The notes under the pieces are model-generated. The model ran no database searches. It was not told the origin of the DNA and was given only the letters and a program-made list of their open reading frames with translations. DNA of 57,790 nucleotides, filler included, from Sphacelaria rigidula (Eukaryota), in assembly GCA_964200075.2 (NCBI GenBank). It is 4 parts of 4 records of this genome, joined end to end, with 100 filler letters (N's around TTAATTAATTAA, not from the genome) between each part and the next. Parts side by side here need not be neighbours in the genome. Positions count along the whole stretch, not along the records: positions 1 to 14,375 come from CAXNAA020002284.1; 3 more parts are not named here. One strand, written 5' to 3'. The first letter of the stretch is position 1; each line of letters begins with the position of its first letter. Shown here piece by piece: positions 1 to 12,347 of this stretch. The position numbers and the translations under genes were made by a program.

Positions 1-358
1 CTTGTTTCCTTTTCTTTCCCTCTTTTTTCTTCCCGCCGTCCAGTTTTTCTTCTCGGCTCTGCTCGCTGCGCCCTCCCCCCCCCCCCCCCCCCCCCGCCCT
101 CCCCTCGCCCCCGAGACCATTCACCCTCTCTCAAGATTCCTTTGGCGAGTGTGTCCTTTGTTCACCTCTGGGTACGTCTGTAATGTTACCACGACTGGAT
201 TCCTAGACCTACGAGATCACTTCATGCGTTCATGTGCGTGAATCAAGCAACTAATCACTCATGCACCGTTGTACCCGTCCCTCGTCCCGACCAATGCCAA
301 CAACGACGACGACGAAAACAACAACATCAACGCCATTTTTAACATGGGGCGGTTGCAG

Positions 359-463
359 GAAGCATGTCGATCGAAAGTGACGGTGGCGAAAAGGGCAGGT
401 TTGGACTACAATACGCCTTTGTATGTGGCTGCGGCGTTCTGCGTTGCCAGCGTGGAAGCGCAG
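359..463 (+). CDS. ORC6: Internal exon of origin recognition complex subunit 6 (EACRSKVTVAKRAGLDYNTPLYVAAAFCVASVEAQ)
   Basis: Bounded by ttgcag|GAA and CAG|gtgaga; 105 nt, phase 0-0. The peptide resembles the ORC6 motif D-F-x-x-P-x-F-x-A-A-A-F as I recall it from plant ORC6 (ADFTRPVFTAAAFYLCA). Recognised by eye only; no other ORC6 exon found in the contig. Confidence 0.6.
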
Positions 464-1727
464 GTGAGAGCACGACCGTCACCCCTTGCGCGTTCATGTA
501 AATATTGTGTATCTCTTCTCATCTGCATTTCACCACGTATGTGTTATCTTCCATTTTTTATTCATTCGTAGTATAATATTAGTCTTCCATTCCTGTTTTT
601 CAAGCCGTTTTTTTTCTCTCGCACACGTTTATCATTGAAAATTGCTTTATTTTATTTTCCGCGAACATACAGAAAATAACTATTATACGTGGGCCGCTTC
701 GTATGGTCCCAGAAAAAACTGTCCGACAAGAGCTTTGTTCAATTTTGAGAAAATGACGCGATGCCAGCACAGGAGCCGAAGCTGCAACTGTCAACACAGC
801 CACAAAACACCTCTTGCCATCACTTGACACTCACCGCGACTCACGCGGAGTGCATGGGTTCTATTGAAAGCTATGACCGAGACGAACGACTTCTTGTACT
901 GCACCGGGGATGTATTGTTGATGTCGAAGGCGACATGCGCCCTCGTGAGTCCATGTTCTGAGTCTATCTCTAGTGGGTGTTCACGCGCCCCACCACCTCC
1001 ACCTTCCTCTCATCCTGGTTCAACCACCATGCCCCAGATGTGGAGAGTCGTAGCTTGGGGGTAATCTTCGCCTCAGGCTTGCTTGAGTTCACCTGAATAT
1101 CCCGGAATATAAAGAATGCGTGATCTTCAACATTGCGGTTCGCACGGATGACACTTATGCAGGTGATGAAGCCAATCGTGATATTTTACGTTCAGATCAC
1201 CGGCCATAACAACAGCATCGCGATTGTCGATTTTTCAACAAGAACGTAGGACGAGTCACTCTGCTATACTTTGCTATGCTGTACTGTACTGTACTGTACT
1301 GTACTTTACTACATTTTTCAACAAGAACGTGGGACGAGTCACTCTGCAATACTTTACTATACCGTACCCTTCTATACTATACTATACCCTACTACACTAT
1401 ACCCTACCCCATTTTATTACACTACCGTGTAGTGTGGTTTGACAGCTCCGTGGGACAGTGCTCAGTGACTGCTGCAATCGTTTGTGGGCATACCTTGCGC
1501 TATTGTACACCGAGATTGAACCGACGTTACAGGTATCGGTGGGAAGGTAGAGTAGGTAGAAAAAAGGTCGTTTCAGCCATACAAACTTTGGCAAGAGCAT
1601 CATCTTATTTGCCGTGTTTTCGAACAGTGCGTTGTAACACGCTCAAAAAATCAGCGCGGCAAATTTCGGAACGATCGAACTCTTCTGGTGTAAGCTTCTT
1701 TCATACGAGTGTTTTCGACTTTGCTTA

Positions 1728-2446
1728 CGAGCTGGGCCAGCTTAAAAGCTGCTAAAACTTGCTCACGCCACAGCTTCCCGAGTTTCCCGAACGAACCCGA
1801 TGTAAGCATGTCACTCTAACGTGCAGACTAACCTGGTGACACACGGCACCGCCGCTGAGTGAAAAAAAAATGGGAAAAAAAATGTGCTGCATAATGTGTA
1901 ACCTTCACCCTTTCGGAACCCACTGACGATTTCTGTTTTCGTGAATCGGCATAATTTTGACTTGAAAATGAGTGAAAATTATGCTGATCCACAAAAATAG
2001 AAATCGTCAATGGGTTCCAAAAGGGTTGACGACGGACGAAAAAAAAGAGAATCTGTCGGGATTCGAACTCATGACCTCCATAATGGGAGTCTCCCATCAC
2101 TTGATTTACAGGGGTGCAACAGCGTCACGGAAAATGCTGAAAGCATGGCCCAATTCGACGACTCTTGAGCTGAAATCTCGGGAAGACCTTCTGCACCCAA
2201 GGAACTGATACTCCACGTGTCCAGCTGCAGATTCTCATTTTTTCCCTGGACTTATGACATTATCTTGTTTCTGCTGAAATTTCAAACGCCTATAACTTTT
2301 TTCCCCCCTTTTTTCTTTGCTGCTCACGTGATGTTCTGCATTTCGATCATAAACAGCTGCTGTCAAAATTTAAGCGTCCAACTCCTAATATCGCGTCGTG
2401 CGTCGCCTGAGCGAGATTCACACCTACTCTTGGCTGGCCCAGCTCG
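1728..2446. mobile_element. Tc1/mariner-type MITE
   Basis: Perfect 14-bp TIR CGAGCTGGGCCAGC (1728-1741, 2433-2446) with TA on both flanks. The same TA|CGAGCTGGGCCAGC end recurs at 14206. Confidence 0.8.
2040..2117 (-). repeat. Degenerate tRNA-like (SINE head) sequence
   Basis: Minus strand carries a B-box-like GAGTTCGAATCCCG with a weak A-box upstream. No intact cloverleaf. Confidence 0.35.
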
Positions 2447-3413
2447 TACCATATTTACGTCTAATCTGGTATCGAATGACCAACGACTAATGAGCATGTA
2501 TCTAATGACCACACCTGCATCCCTCGGCGATTTGTCAATGGGCAATGTGCGACAATCCATCAATCAATACATCAATCAAAACACGGGTAAGGTGTTTGAC
2601 ATGGCCAACCATCAACCAGTTCACGGTCATCATCACTAAAGTCCCGCAAGATTGGTCCAGGCAATCTCGGAAATTCCAACTTGATTCCGATCACCTTCAT
2701 TCACACAGATCACCCAAATGACACAAATCACCCGACCGATTGACCGTAACAAAATTCCAAATTTCAGGTCTCCACCTGGTAGGACTGTTGTATAAGCCCG
2801 AAATACGAATACGATTACCCGTGTTTTTTTCTGTTGATCTTCCTTCCTGGGGGATCGCACAATCGCACAATCGACAGACATTCCACAAGAGAAAATAGGC
2901 ACACGTTTGTCGAGCTCTTGACCACAGGCAGCAACGACACTATCCTTTTGTTGTCTTTTCAACCCTTCTAGATCCCAGTTGTGCAGGTGGACTATCGTTA
3001 GCCTGCCTCCTTTACTTCGGGGGTTTCCGAAGATGAATCTTCCTTGAAATTTGCTCTGAAGACAGACAGACCCAACGCCTACACGAGGAAACAAACAAGG
3101 GGTCTGGGTCCACCGGATCTTTGCCACCCGCATGTATCATGTATCATGCATATCCGTGCCGTGGCGAGTAGAGCACATAGCACAGTACAGATAGACAGAC
3201 AGATATCACGGTACGTTTGTATTGATTGGGTGGGTGGAGATCGCCATGAGCGATGGCCGTGCCACCATCGCATGTGGAGTATGACATGCACGAGGGTTTC
3301 GAAATTCGTAGTCTATACGAGCGCGTTGCTGTGAGGAGGCTAGTTAAGCCGCGTTGGGGTACAAATGTCCATGGTTGACACAATTTTACAAGTATTGCTA
3401 CCCCTAACCCTGA

Positions 3414-3677
3414 GACCGTCTTGTATGGCAACCAATCCGTATTTGCACCCCAGATTCGGGGGAGATGCTGGAGTCTCCCGATCTGAGCAGAAATGTGATG
3501 AACCAAAAGTCAGCGTCCAGAGAATCGGAGAATCGATCTAGTTTCCTCAGAGCTAGGCGAAAAATGTTGCCCAACAGACTGGGGTCCGAAAAATCAATCC
3601 ACGGGAGAAAATCGAATGTATACGGGCTGAAATCCTCATATTTGTACAAATACGGATGGTTGCCATATAAGACGGTC
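3414..3677. mobile_element. MITE with ~30-bp TIRs starting GACCGTCTT
   Basis: GACCGTCTTGTATGGCAACCAATCCGTATTTG at the left end and CAAATACGGATGGTTGCCATATAAGACGGTC at the right end. TSD not clear. Confidence 0.75.
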
Positions 3678-3679
3678 TA

Positions 3680-3852
3680 CCCCCAACCCAACGCATACCG
3701 AGAACCCTCGAGCAAGGGCGGTACATAGCATTCCCTGGACAACGTACGGCCTTGATAGACCCCAAATCGGCGCCTGTGGTGCCGAATTCAACGAAAACGC
3801 GTTCTGCACAGGCGAGGAGCACACGGGACTGTCAGCCCTAATAAAGATCCGA
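3680..3852 (-). repeat. Dispersed ~170-bp core repeat, copy 1 (others at ~12108-12285, ~12690-12850, ~42030-42200)
   Basis: All four copies share GGAT(C/A)TTTA ... GAACGCGTTTT-like ... AAATCGGCGCC-like ... GAGGGTTCTC blocks. Confidence 0.75.
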
Positions 3853-4319
3853 TTCTCGTCGTACACACTCAAATCAAGTAATTATCAACCATGAATATTT
3901 GTAGTCCGACGCCGGTCAACTCTACTGGCTGTGAGAGTCCTCGTAGCAGAGACGACAACCCCAAAACTCCAACCTGCATGTCTAGCTGGCGGGCGGTTTC
4001 CGCGCTGATTGTTTGGATATTGTGGAGTCGCTTACGTAATGGAGAGGGTTGTTGAGTTACAGTACAGTGCCCAGGCACCGAACGTACAACGAGAGATAAC
4101 TCGTTTATTCTTTCTGCATTAGACCTCGGATGCCATCATCCCCCGTCCTCTGTGGTGGTGTTTTAGCACGATGCTCCCCAAGATACCTAGGCGTTCGCTT
4201 GACGCTCTGACGCATATCATTACTTTTCCAGCGGCACTACTCATACTACAGTACTACTATGCTGTACTGTGATGTCTTGCTGTTGCAAAGTCGCCCAGCG
4301 AAGACTCGACGGAAACTTC

Positions 4320-4545
4320 CAAGGTTGTGTTCTGCAGAGTACGATTTCTTGTATCCCGGAGTTCTGTGAGATCTGAACGAAAATCTTACCCTTACCCGGA
4401 GTGCGGGTATGTCCTTGTAGAAATACCCGTTTTACGGGTAAGGGTTGCTGTACAACCTCCACACCGTATCCAACAGGTTCTGCAGGTTCAGTAAGGAATT
4501 TCATGCCCTACCGGACATACATGTAACCTACAGCACACAACCTTG
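4320..4545. mobile_element. MITE with CAAGGTTGTG termini (hAT-like)
   Basis: Left CAAGGTTGTGTTCTG, right CAGCACACAACCTTG. The 8-bp flanks gaaacttc and aatagttc are only 5/8 identical, so the superfamily is tentative. Confidence 0.6.
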
Positions 4546-5066
4546 AATAGTTCCCGATAAGTGCGATCACGTTGAGCTCGCTGCGGTAGGTACGGTAGAT
4601 GAAGCTAGGGCAAAACACATGTACTCATTTACTTATTTCAGCCGACGGAAGGGCGTTTTCGGGGGCAACACGCGGTACGATCGCAGCAAGCCGAGCACAT
4701 GTGCAATGCTACGTCGGCACAATCCCCATCATTCAAGAACCGTCCAATACTTCTTTTTCTTTCGTTGATCCAGGTCGCCTGTCGTAAGAGACGGTCTGAC
4801 ATTCAGCATGTACAACCATAACAACAATGAACGTGTGCGGCGAAGACTAGCGATGTTTCACGCACGCCCAATTTTAGTCAAACCATAACGCTAACCTTAA
4901 CCCAAACCCAAAGCCGGAGCTGCCGGGAACGTTGGAGCAAGCTAGGTGCGGTGAATAATGCTCCAGGCGACGTGTACCTTTTTTTAGGTTGAATCGGCAT
5001 GATCATGATGATCATTTAGGCCAAAACAGGGTATGATACTGCGCACGCGTGCCCCGTGCCCATCTT

Positions 5067-6133
5067 GACCCTTGGACTGCGAGGGGAGTCCATCTAGATC
5101 ATGCATGCTTCTGTCAAGCGAAAATTATGACGATTCAGTAGATGACACACTCTCGCCGTGTAAGGTTATCTATAAGCCCTTGGCCGCAAGGGTAGTCCAT
5201 CTGGATCATGTATGCTTTTTTAGACGAACTTTTATGGGAAATAATCACGGTTTTGTGAAGACCCCACTATGTGTGAAATCGAGGGAGTCATACTCGTATT
5301 GCCAAAGTCAGATCCGTGGGGATCGTTTTATAGTCTCAGATTTGTTCAATAGTTCTGTACACGGACGGTCATCTTCTGCATGAATGTGACATCGCGTACT
5401 AGTGAATCTGAAGAGCATGTAGGCGAGGAATACTCCCTTGAGTACAGTGTGGTACTGTGGTACCCTGGGGTAATACAGTGCAGGACACTCCATCATCACA
5501 GTACACGATAATGCCGTGTGGTAATAAATGATGGCACAGTCGGTATTGCGAGAATAGAGGACAGTGCGCGAGAAGAGTTCATGAGTGCAGTGCCATGCAT
5601 CAATCACCCTCCAAGTACAGCGACAACAGAGTAGGATAGTACAGTACCGTTCCTTATGGTGATACATACGGCAGCATGGTGCACCATAAAATATTACCAT
5701 CGCCGTAGGCTACGGCATCAACACTTATTCACTGCTTGTCAAACCCCGTGCGAAGCTGCCTCAGCAGCTGGCGCTGGCAGGCACACCCTGTGCTGTCACG
5801 AGACTGTCTGCTGCTGCGGTTTCAAAAATATCAAACGCTTGTTACCCAGTCACCGTGCGCCAATATACTTCCGTTACCTTCCTCGAAATAGGGGGAACCT
5901 CAGCGTTTCTCCTATTTTTGCGAAAAAAAACTGGGATAGTTGTTCTCAAATCGTGACATCTCGATTTTCGCTACCTCAATTTGGCCTACATTGAGGTCCA
6001 TGAAATGCGTTTCCCAATTTTGCGTCCCCCGATCTGCATACAAATCGAGGTTGGTGACTGGCATACAAGTTGGTCTTTCAAGTGAAATTTAAGCCGATTC
6101 AACAGATGAGCTATGCTCGCCGCCAAATCCTTA
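5067..6133. mobile_element. Two tandem ~100-bp piggyBac-like MITEs, the second split by an 853-bp GAC...GTC element (5223-6075)
   Basis: Joining 5176-5222 to 6076-6133 rebuilds the family seen intact at 7357-7457 and 31157-31262. The insert ends GACGAACTTTTATG and CATACAAGTTGGTC, with flanks ttta and tttc. Confidence 0.6.
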
Positions 6134-6915
6134 GACAGCGAGCATCGCCTCGGAGTAGTTTCACAGGCTAGCAGTCTGAATATATCCGAAGGGTATCGAG
6201 GGAGCAGGGGGGGGGGGTGTACTCATGATCATGCATGCCATAGTCATCAGACCATTGACAGGGAGAAGGGGGGGGGGGTCTGTCCCCAGAGCAGCCGGAA
6301 AGCCCACAAAGTCAACCATGTGTGTTTGAAAGTTTCCCGCGGAAGATTCTAAGCCAGGAACGAGGCCTGAGAGGCGCGGAATGACCATTCTGACCACTCA
6401 CGGCTGTCAAAATGGTCACGATGTTCCCCTACAGGTGGACTACTTCGCAGTCTAGCCTTGTTTTTCATTTGGGTCATGACGAGTCAACCATGGGTTACAT
6501 GGGCACAAATAAGGCGCTTTTTAGTCTGCTCGTGGTCTATGCCGCCTGCCTTCCCCCTCAGGTGTTGCTAGCATATAGCTTCACACTGTATGTAGTATTG
6601 CTGTGGATCACTAAGCAGAGACATCAGCAGCATGCAGTAGACTGGGCTCAGTGGAGAGCGATGGCACGCTGCATGTTTCTTGCCGCTGTATCCAGCGAAT
6701 ACGGACAGCACACATGCTGATTCTGTACGTAATAGGCTGCAGGGTCAAAACTGGTCGGGGGTTCTCCGAGACTATTTTTAAAATAGATGCCAAATATCAA
6801 ATGCCCACATGTTCATGAGAAAGGCTTTTTTGTGTAGCGAGAAAAGAGCTGTTTCGAACCCTAAATGTGGCATAGTCCAACTCAGTCCACCTGCGATGGG
6901 GTCGCTGTCTGAGGT

Positions 6916-7457
6916 TTAACTCGTTGACCGCGAGGGTAGGCGATCTATTGAATCGGCAAAACTCATGCTATTTCTAATGTGTAAATGATGACGATTCAAC
7001 AGATCGCCTACCCTCGCGGTCGAAGGTTCAACACTTGGACAGCGAGAGTAGGTCATCTGTTGAATCGGCATCTATTTCACTTGAAAGAGGTATACATGAC
7101 CCAGATGGAATGCCGTTGCTGTCCCCTTCGACCGCCGGAGGTGTCCATTTGTGGAATCGGCATCATTTTTGCTTGAAAGAGGACCGACAGTCAAAGGATT
7201 CACGAGATAACAAGCGCAAGAAAAGTGAACAAGGCAGCTTGCTTGCCCACGACGACCACTTTGAATCCTACTGCCTAACTTCAGAAACCGGTGATTATCC
7301 CCGCATTGGACGCAGTTGGAAACACGTCTGAAATTTCGAACGGGGGTGTGAATCAACTCCTTGGCCGCGAGGGTAGTCCATCTGGATCAATACTTTGTTC
7401 AAGTGAAGAATAGAAGCCGACGCAACAGATAACCTATGCTCGTCATGAATGGGTTAA
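6916..7457. mobile_element. Cluster of about four short piggyBac-like MITEs
   Basis: TTAA at 6916-6919 and 7454-7457. The first unit has a ~35-bp inverted repeat (GACCGCGAGGGTAGGCGATCTATTGAATCG / CGATTCAACAGATCGCCTACCCTCGCGGTC). Confidence 0.7.
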
Positions 7458-7712
7458 CCATGATACACCTACGCGACCGACCGAGCCCGGGCAAACACGC
7501 ACAGACAGCCACAGCACAAGTGCATCACGCCAAGCGCTAGCTCTTGCTCATATGTACAGTCGGTGTTATATTGTTTGTTTCACGGCAACCCCTTCGCTAT
7601 TGGAAGGGGGCCGGCCGTGTGTGTCCCAAACAGGTGCTCGCTATGGAGGCGTTGACCGTTCGTGGGTGTGTTCCATGGCGCCCGTCTGACATTAATCATC
7701 GTGTCTCATTAG

Positions 7713-7791
7713 AGGTATCTCAAACTCGAGGTTCCCGATATATTTGACAGAGGAACACTGTGATACCGGGAAACTCGAGTTTGAGATACCT
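7713..7791. repeat. Short foldback or mini-MITE
   Basis: 24-bp inverted repeat with one mismatch (7713-7736 vs 7768-7791) and a 31-nt spacer. Confidence 0.7.
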
Positions 7792-8526
7792 GTGTTCAAT
7801 TTTGAACCGATTTTCCTCGAGCCAAAAACGTCGTGCTCAGTTGATCAATAGCTCCGGCTCGAGCTGTTCTTAGTCAATCCTGAGAGAGTGGGATGATGAG
7901 TTGATGTGAGCTTGGGCCTCAGGTACGGGCTGTGTGACAGGTGTGTACTGTGCTGTGTACCACAAGGGTAAATACGCCGCTGGTTCATGTTGCTATTCAT
8001 GAAGAACAGCCACAAAAAGTCTTGGTGAATAGCCCGAAATGTTCAACAAAAAATCGTGGCGAAAAACAGCGCCACCGCATTAAAAACAACCGCCGCCGCT
8101 TCTTTTCCTGGGGACAGGGAGGGGAGGATCGCAGCGATCAACATGCTTATTTGCCCGTTTCTTTTTGGTACGAGAAAGTTGTTTTGTCGTCTCAATAAGA
8201 CACAACCTCATGGCGTCACGCTGGCCGAGGACCTGGGATTGAGCCCTGTAAAGATCCGAATACAGTAGAGTACCCTGTATATTGCGAGTATGGGGCGTGC
8301 AATTTCACCCGCACTAAACCGGGCACCCGCACAATTCACGTTTTCGGTGAGTTCAGGGCGGGTTATGCATGGCTCTTTCGCCCCGGGACGCGGTACGGGC
8401 GATGATGAACAGTATCTCTTCTTCGTGGATGAGCAGTGGAGGTGCATGTGACAGGCAAATAAGGCCATCTACTCCTGTGCGTATGGCCTTTGCGGATGCA
8501 GGCACGCAACCTAATCCTGCCACAGA

Positions 8527-10463
8527 TTTTTATTTCATTTTTTTTTATTTATTGTCGCACTTTCACTGACCCCCCAGGGATCCAGCCGTGGTCGCATGAT
8601 AGACATACTCAAGACACAACGAAACTGAAACACTCCCTGAAAACAAAGAAGAGCCAGAAAAAAGTACAACAAAACGAACTAGTAAACTAACGGATAGAAC
8701 ATAATATATACTTATATAGAAGGAAAATAAAGCACAGAAAAATATGGCTGGTCTCTGCCACACGGCTTCAGCGTACGAGGTCTTGCGCAGAACAACAGTC
8801 ATACCCAGCCGTACTGAACAAAAGACCGCGGAAAAATATTGCAGCTCATCTGCTACAAACGCTCTATTTAGGGTATGGGACGTTTCATCTACGAAGAAAC
8901 ACAATGAAGCGAGGTATCACATTGCTCTGGCATACACCGGTAGGAAAGAACACCCACATAGAGAGAAATATGGGAATGAGGGACAAGAGGGAGGAAACAG
9001 GGCAGCAGAGTAGATACAGACTCACACCAGGGAGCACCGCTAAGCCACCGACTAAGGATACAAACAACAACCGATATGAGCAGACATGATTCTTCGATTG
9101 GTGAACCTCGACGCAGCAGCCTCTCGTTTGTGACGGCGGTCTGATTCTCGCTTGTCCGCGCGTCGCCACGCATTCTCAGACTCTCCCGCTCCTTTTTCTA
9201 CTCCAATACGCCATTTGCCCACGTTCTTTGCCGCAGTGACCCAATCGTATGCATCGTTAACCTCTACATCGTCGACAAGCTATTTCCGTCGTGCTCCTTT
9301 GTGCGGAACAGCTCCTAGTGCACGTAGGTTCTCCTGGAGGTTGTCCTCCCATTGCTTGGGGGGGCGGCTGGCCTCCTTGGGGCCTCGTGCGGTTAACCGT
9401 CCGTTCATGATGTGTTTCGGAAGGCGTGTTTCCTTCTGCCGGACAAGGGCTCCCGCGAAGCAGAGTTGACGTTCGCGGATAGTCGTCTCGATACGTTCGC
9501 AGCTGGTCATCTCGAGCACCGCTCTGTACGAAAGAGTCTTGTTGCCATTCCGATCTTTCCCGCGGAATCCAACCACTCGCAGCAAAAGCTTGTGATGGGC
9601 AGCCCGCAGACTGTTTAAAATCCTCAGAACGTGACGTCCATGTGGCACATCCATACAACAGAGCTTCCACCACCTCCGCTTGAATCAACCGGAGTTTCAA
9701 GGAGAGCTGGGCGTTGGGTCAGTCGCACAGTTGAGAGCTGTATTTTCGGGTACGCCTCCACACCGCGCTGAAACGGCGGTTGATTTCGATGTACATTTTC
9801 GCACCCGCGCTGATGGCACCACCGAGTCTGCTTATACCGTTTACCGGCAACTTTGATGTCCAGGGTGGCCTCCGTGGGACTGGGTACTGACCAAACGTGC
9901 ATGGACTCTGTCTTCCTCTCGGAAATTATCAGACCGGATTTCTGGCAGGTCACCACTATCACCGCCATCATTCGAGCAAGGCCTTCTGAGGTCTTCGAGA
10001 CTATGCCGGCGTCGTCCGCATAAAGCATTGCCCACACCGCGCGTCGCACCTTTCCCAGCGGTGTCTCTTCCAGGGGTTCACCACTGTCACCTTTTGGCGC
10101 ATCATCTAGAAAGACCAAGTCTGCGACGATGGCTGTGCCCGCCGTGAACCGCTGGACGATCACGTCGACCAAGGCTGCTCCGAAGATGTTGAACAACAGC
10201 GGGGACGAAACGCAACCTTGTTTGAGTCCCTGGCAGACATGGAACCACGCTAATAGTGCGCTACCATCTGGCTATACCCCCATGCCGTCGTGAAACACAC
10301 GGATGATCGTGATGATTCGCGGTGGGACTCCGAACCGAGCAAGCACTTCCCACAGGAGCGTGCGGTTTACGGACCCATGGACTCTCTGCAGATCGATAAA
10401 GCATATGTTTGGTGGGACGTTGCTCGCCCGTCCCAACTCCTGGAGTCGGCGTACTACGAACAT
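8527..10463 (-). mobile_element. 5'-truncated, frameshifted RTE-clade non-LTR retrotransposon (LINE)
   Basis: RT motifs lie in broken frames: CFIDLQ...LWEVLARFGVP (10272-10463), GLKQGC near 10215-10232, MLYADDAG (9624-10196), KLRL...EALLYGCATW and RLPKHIM. The 3' UTR ends GACCACGGCTGGATCC...GTGCGACAAT plus an A-rich tail. Confidence 0.9.
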
Positions 10464-12054
10464 AGCTTTCAGAGCCTCCTCAGTTTCACCTAGGCTGCTG
10501 CAGAGGCAGGTAAATATCCGTACATATTAAACACCCCAAAACATACGGAGTATATATTTTTGTGTGTTAATACTCGCATTATTTGTCTTTGCAATAATCT
10601 AGCCCGTGGTCACAAGCAAGTAGAAAAAATACTTCGTACAAACACAAACACATGATGGGTCAAGATCCAGACAAGGCGAAGGAAGGTGTGCCCACGATGG
10701 AACAAAACACACAGAAGCTAAACTGAGCGCTAAATTCAAGAAAACACGCGCGGCGAGGAAAACCAAGGGGTATACGCGTGTGCACAAACAAGATGGTAAA
10801 AGAAAATACAAACACAAAGACACGATAGAGCAATGCCCAAACGACGCGAAGAACAAAGTTTTCGTGAAATTGAGAGTAGAGCACGGATTGAGAGTGGCTT
10901 TGATCATTCGCTTCAACTTAGCCAATCTTTCATTCCGTGTGCGATCTTCTCTGCCTCTATCACTGCCGTGTGCTTACAGCTACACGTCGATATCCCACTC
11001 GGGGATATCAAGTGCCTCAGCGGCAAGCTACTACAGAAAGAATATCGGGCCTCGTGGAGGGGAACTGAAACGATTCAATCTCTGATTAACCTCCTCTCAC
11101 TCTCAATCGTATCCTCTACTCCCATTATCACGAAAACATTGTTGAAGGAAGGTGTGCCCACGATGAAACAAAAACAGAAACTATAAAGTAGAAAATTGAA
11201 TCCAAGGAAAATAAGCGCAACAAGAAAAATCAAGGAGTATGTTATGAGTAAATGTGCCGAGATTCTGTGTGGTTTGACTGCCTCTCCAGCCTGGGGAGCC
11301 ACACTATACTGGTGTCAGGAGGGTCCAAACCCACACTATATAGGGCGGTGCCCCTCTTTAGTGCGAGACCCGCACCATAGCGGGTTCTGTCTGTGCCAAA
11401 CGACTTCACCCGCATTATACAGGGGCATCTACTGTATAGGCGTTCTACGACGGAAGCGAAAAGTGTGTACTCCTATTTGTTCAACCATCTGATATTTTCG
11501 CCGAGCTGGGGTAAAGTAACTGACGAAACAAGAGTACGACGCTGTAGTTGCACAGTAGTAGTTCACTGTCGCCACCGACAGGCAGAACATTACTCGACCA
11601 ACAAAATGTTGGCGCATCATCAAATCATGGCCCACAATTGGCTCCCGACATGATTCCCCTCCGGCAGTGACGTATGTTGAGGTCACGTTGTCTGCAGTCC
11701 ACAGCGGGCACCGTTCGTCGTCATGGTGCCTATCGCTATCGCCATCGCTACTGTCGCTACTGTGATGTGCTAGCCACATAGCCCGGGATGGCCTGGGTGA
11801 GCAGCCATAGCATGCCTCTCGTCCACGAGTACGTATGACACGTATGATACGTGTGACATGTATGCTCATCAACCTGCGGATCCGCCGCTCGATTGCCTTA
11901 TTGCCTTTGCGAATAAAAAACACGGCCAACAGCAGAGACGACTTCCCGCATCCCCCGAGCGCAGTCACTGGCGACCGTTACAAAAGTAGATAGCTGTCAC
12001 GCCGCCCACTGCGTACGGTGCCACCGCCGGCTGCTCGGGATCCAACAGAGATTG

Positions 12055-12347
12055 CCAAATGGTCGGAAACAATAGATGTAACTTGATTTTAGTGTGAAGA
12101 CCGATATTCGGATATTTAGAAGGGCTGACAGTCCCAAGTGCTCCTACTTGTAGCTCATCCAGAACGTGTTTTTGTCCAAAATCGGCACCGATTTGAGGTC
12201 TGCCAACGCAGACTTTTGCCAAGGACATCCGCTGCACCCCCCGTGCTCGAGGGTTCTCTCATGCCTTGGCCGGGGTTAGGGTTATGGAAAGCGTTAGCGT
12301 TGGCGGCATCTCATTCATAGGACCAACCGTTGTTTCCGACCATTTGG
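12055..12347. mobile_element. MITE-like element with 18-bp perfect inverted repeat enclosing the shared core repeat
   Basis: CCAAATGGTCGGAAACAA (12055-12072) and TTGTTTCCGACCATTTGG (12330-12347). Confidence 0.7.

Noticed and set aside
1224..1755. 159-aa Tyr/Cys/Thr-rich ORF
   Set aside because: Translation of (TGTAC)n and (ACTAT)n simple repeats.
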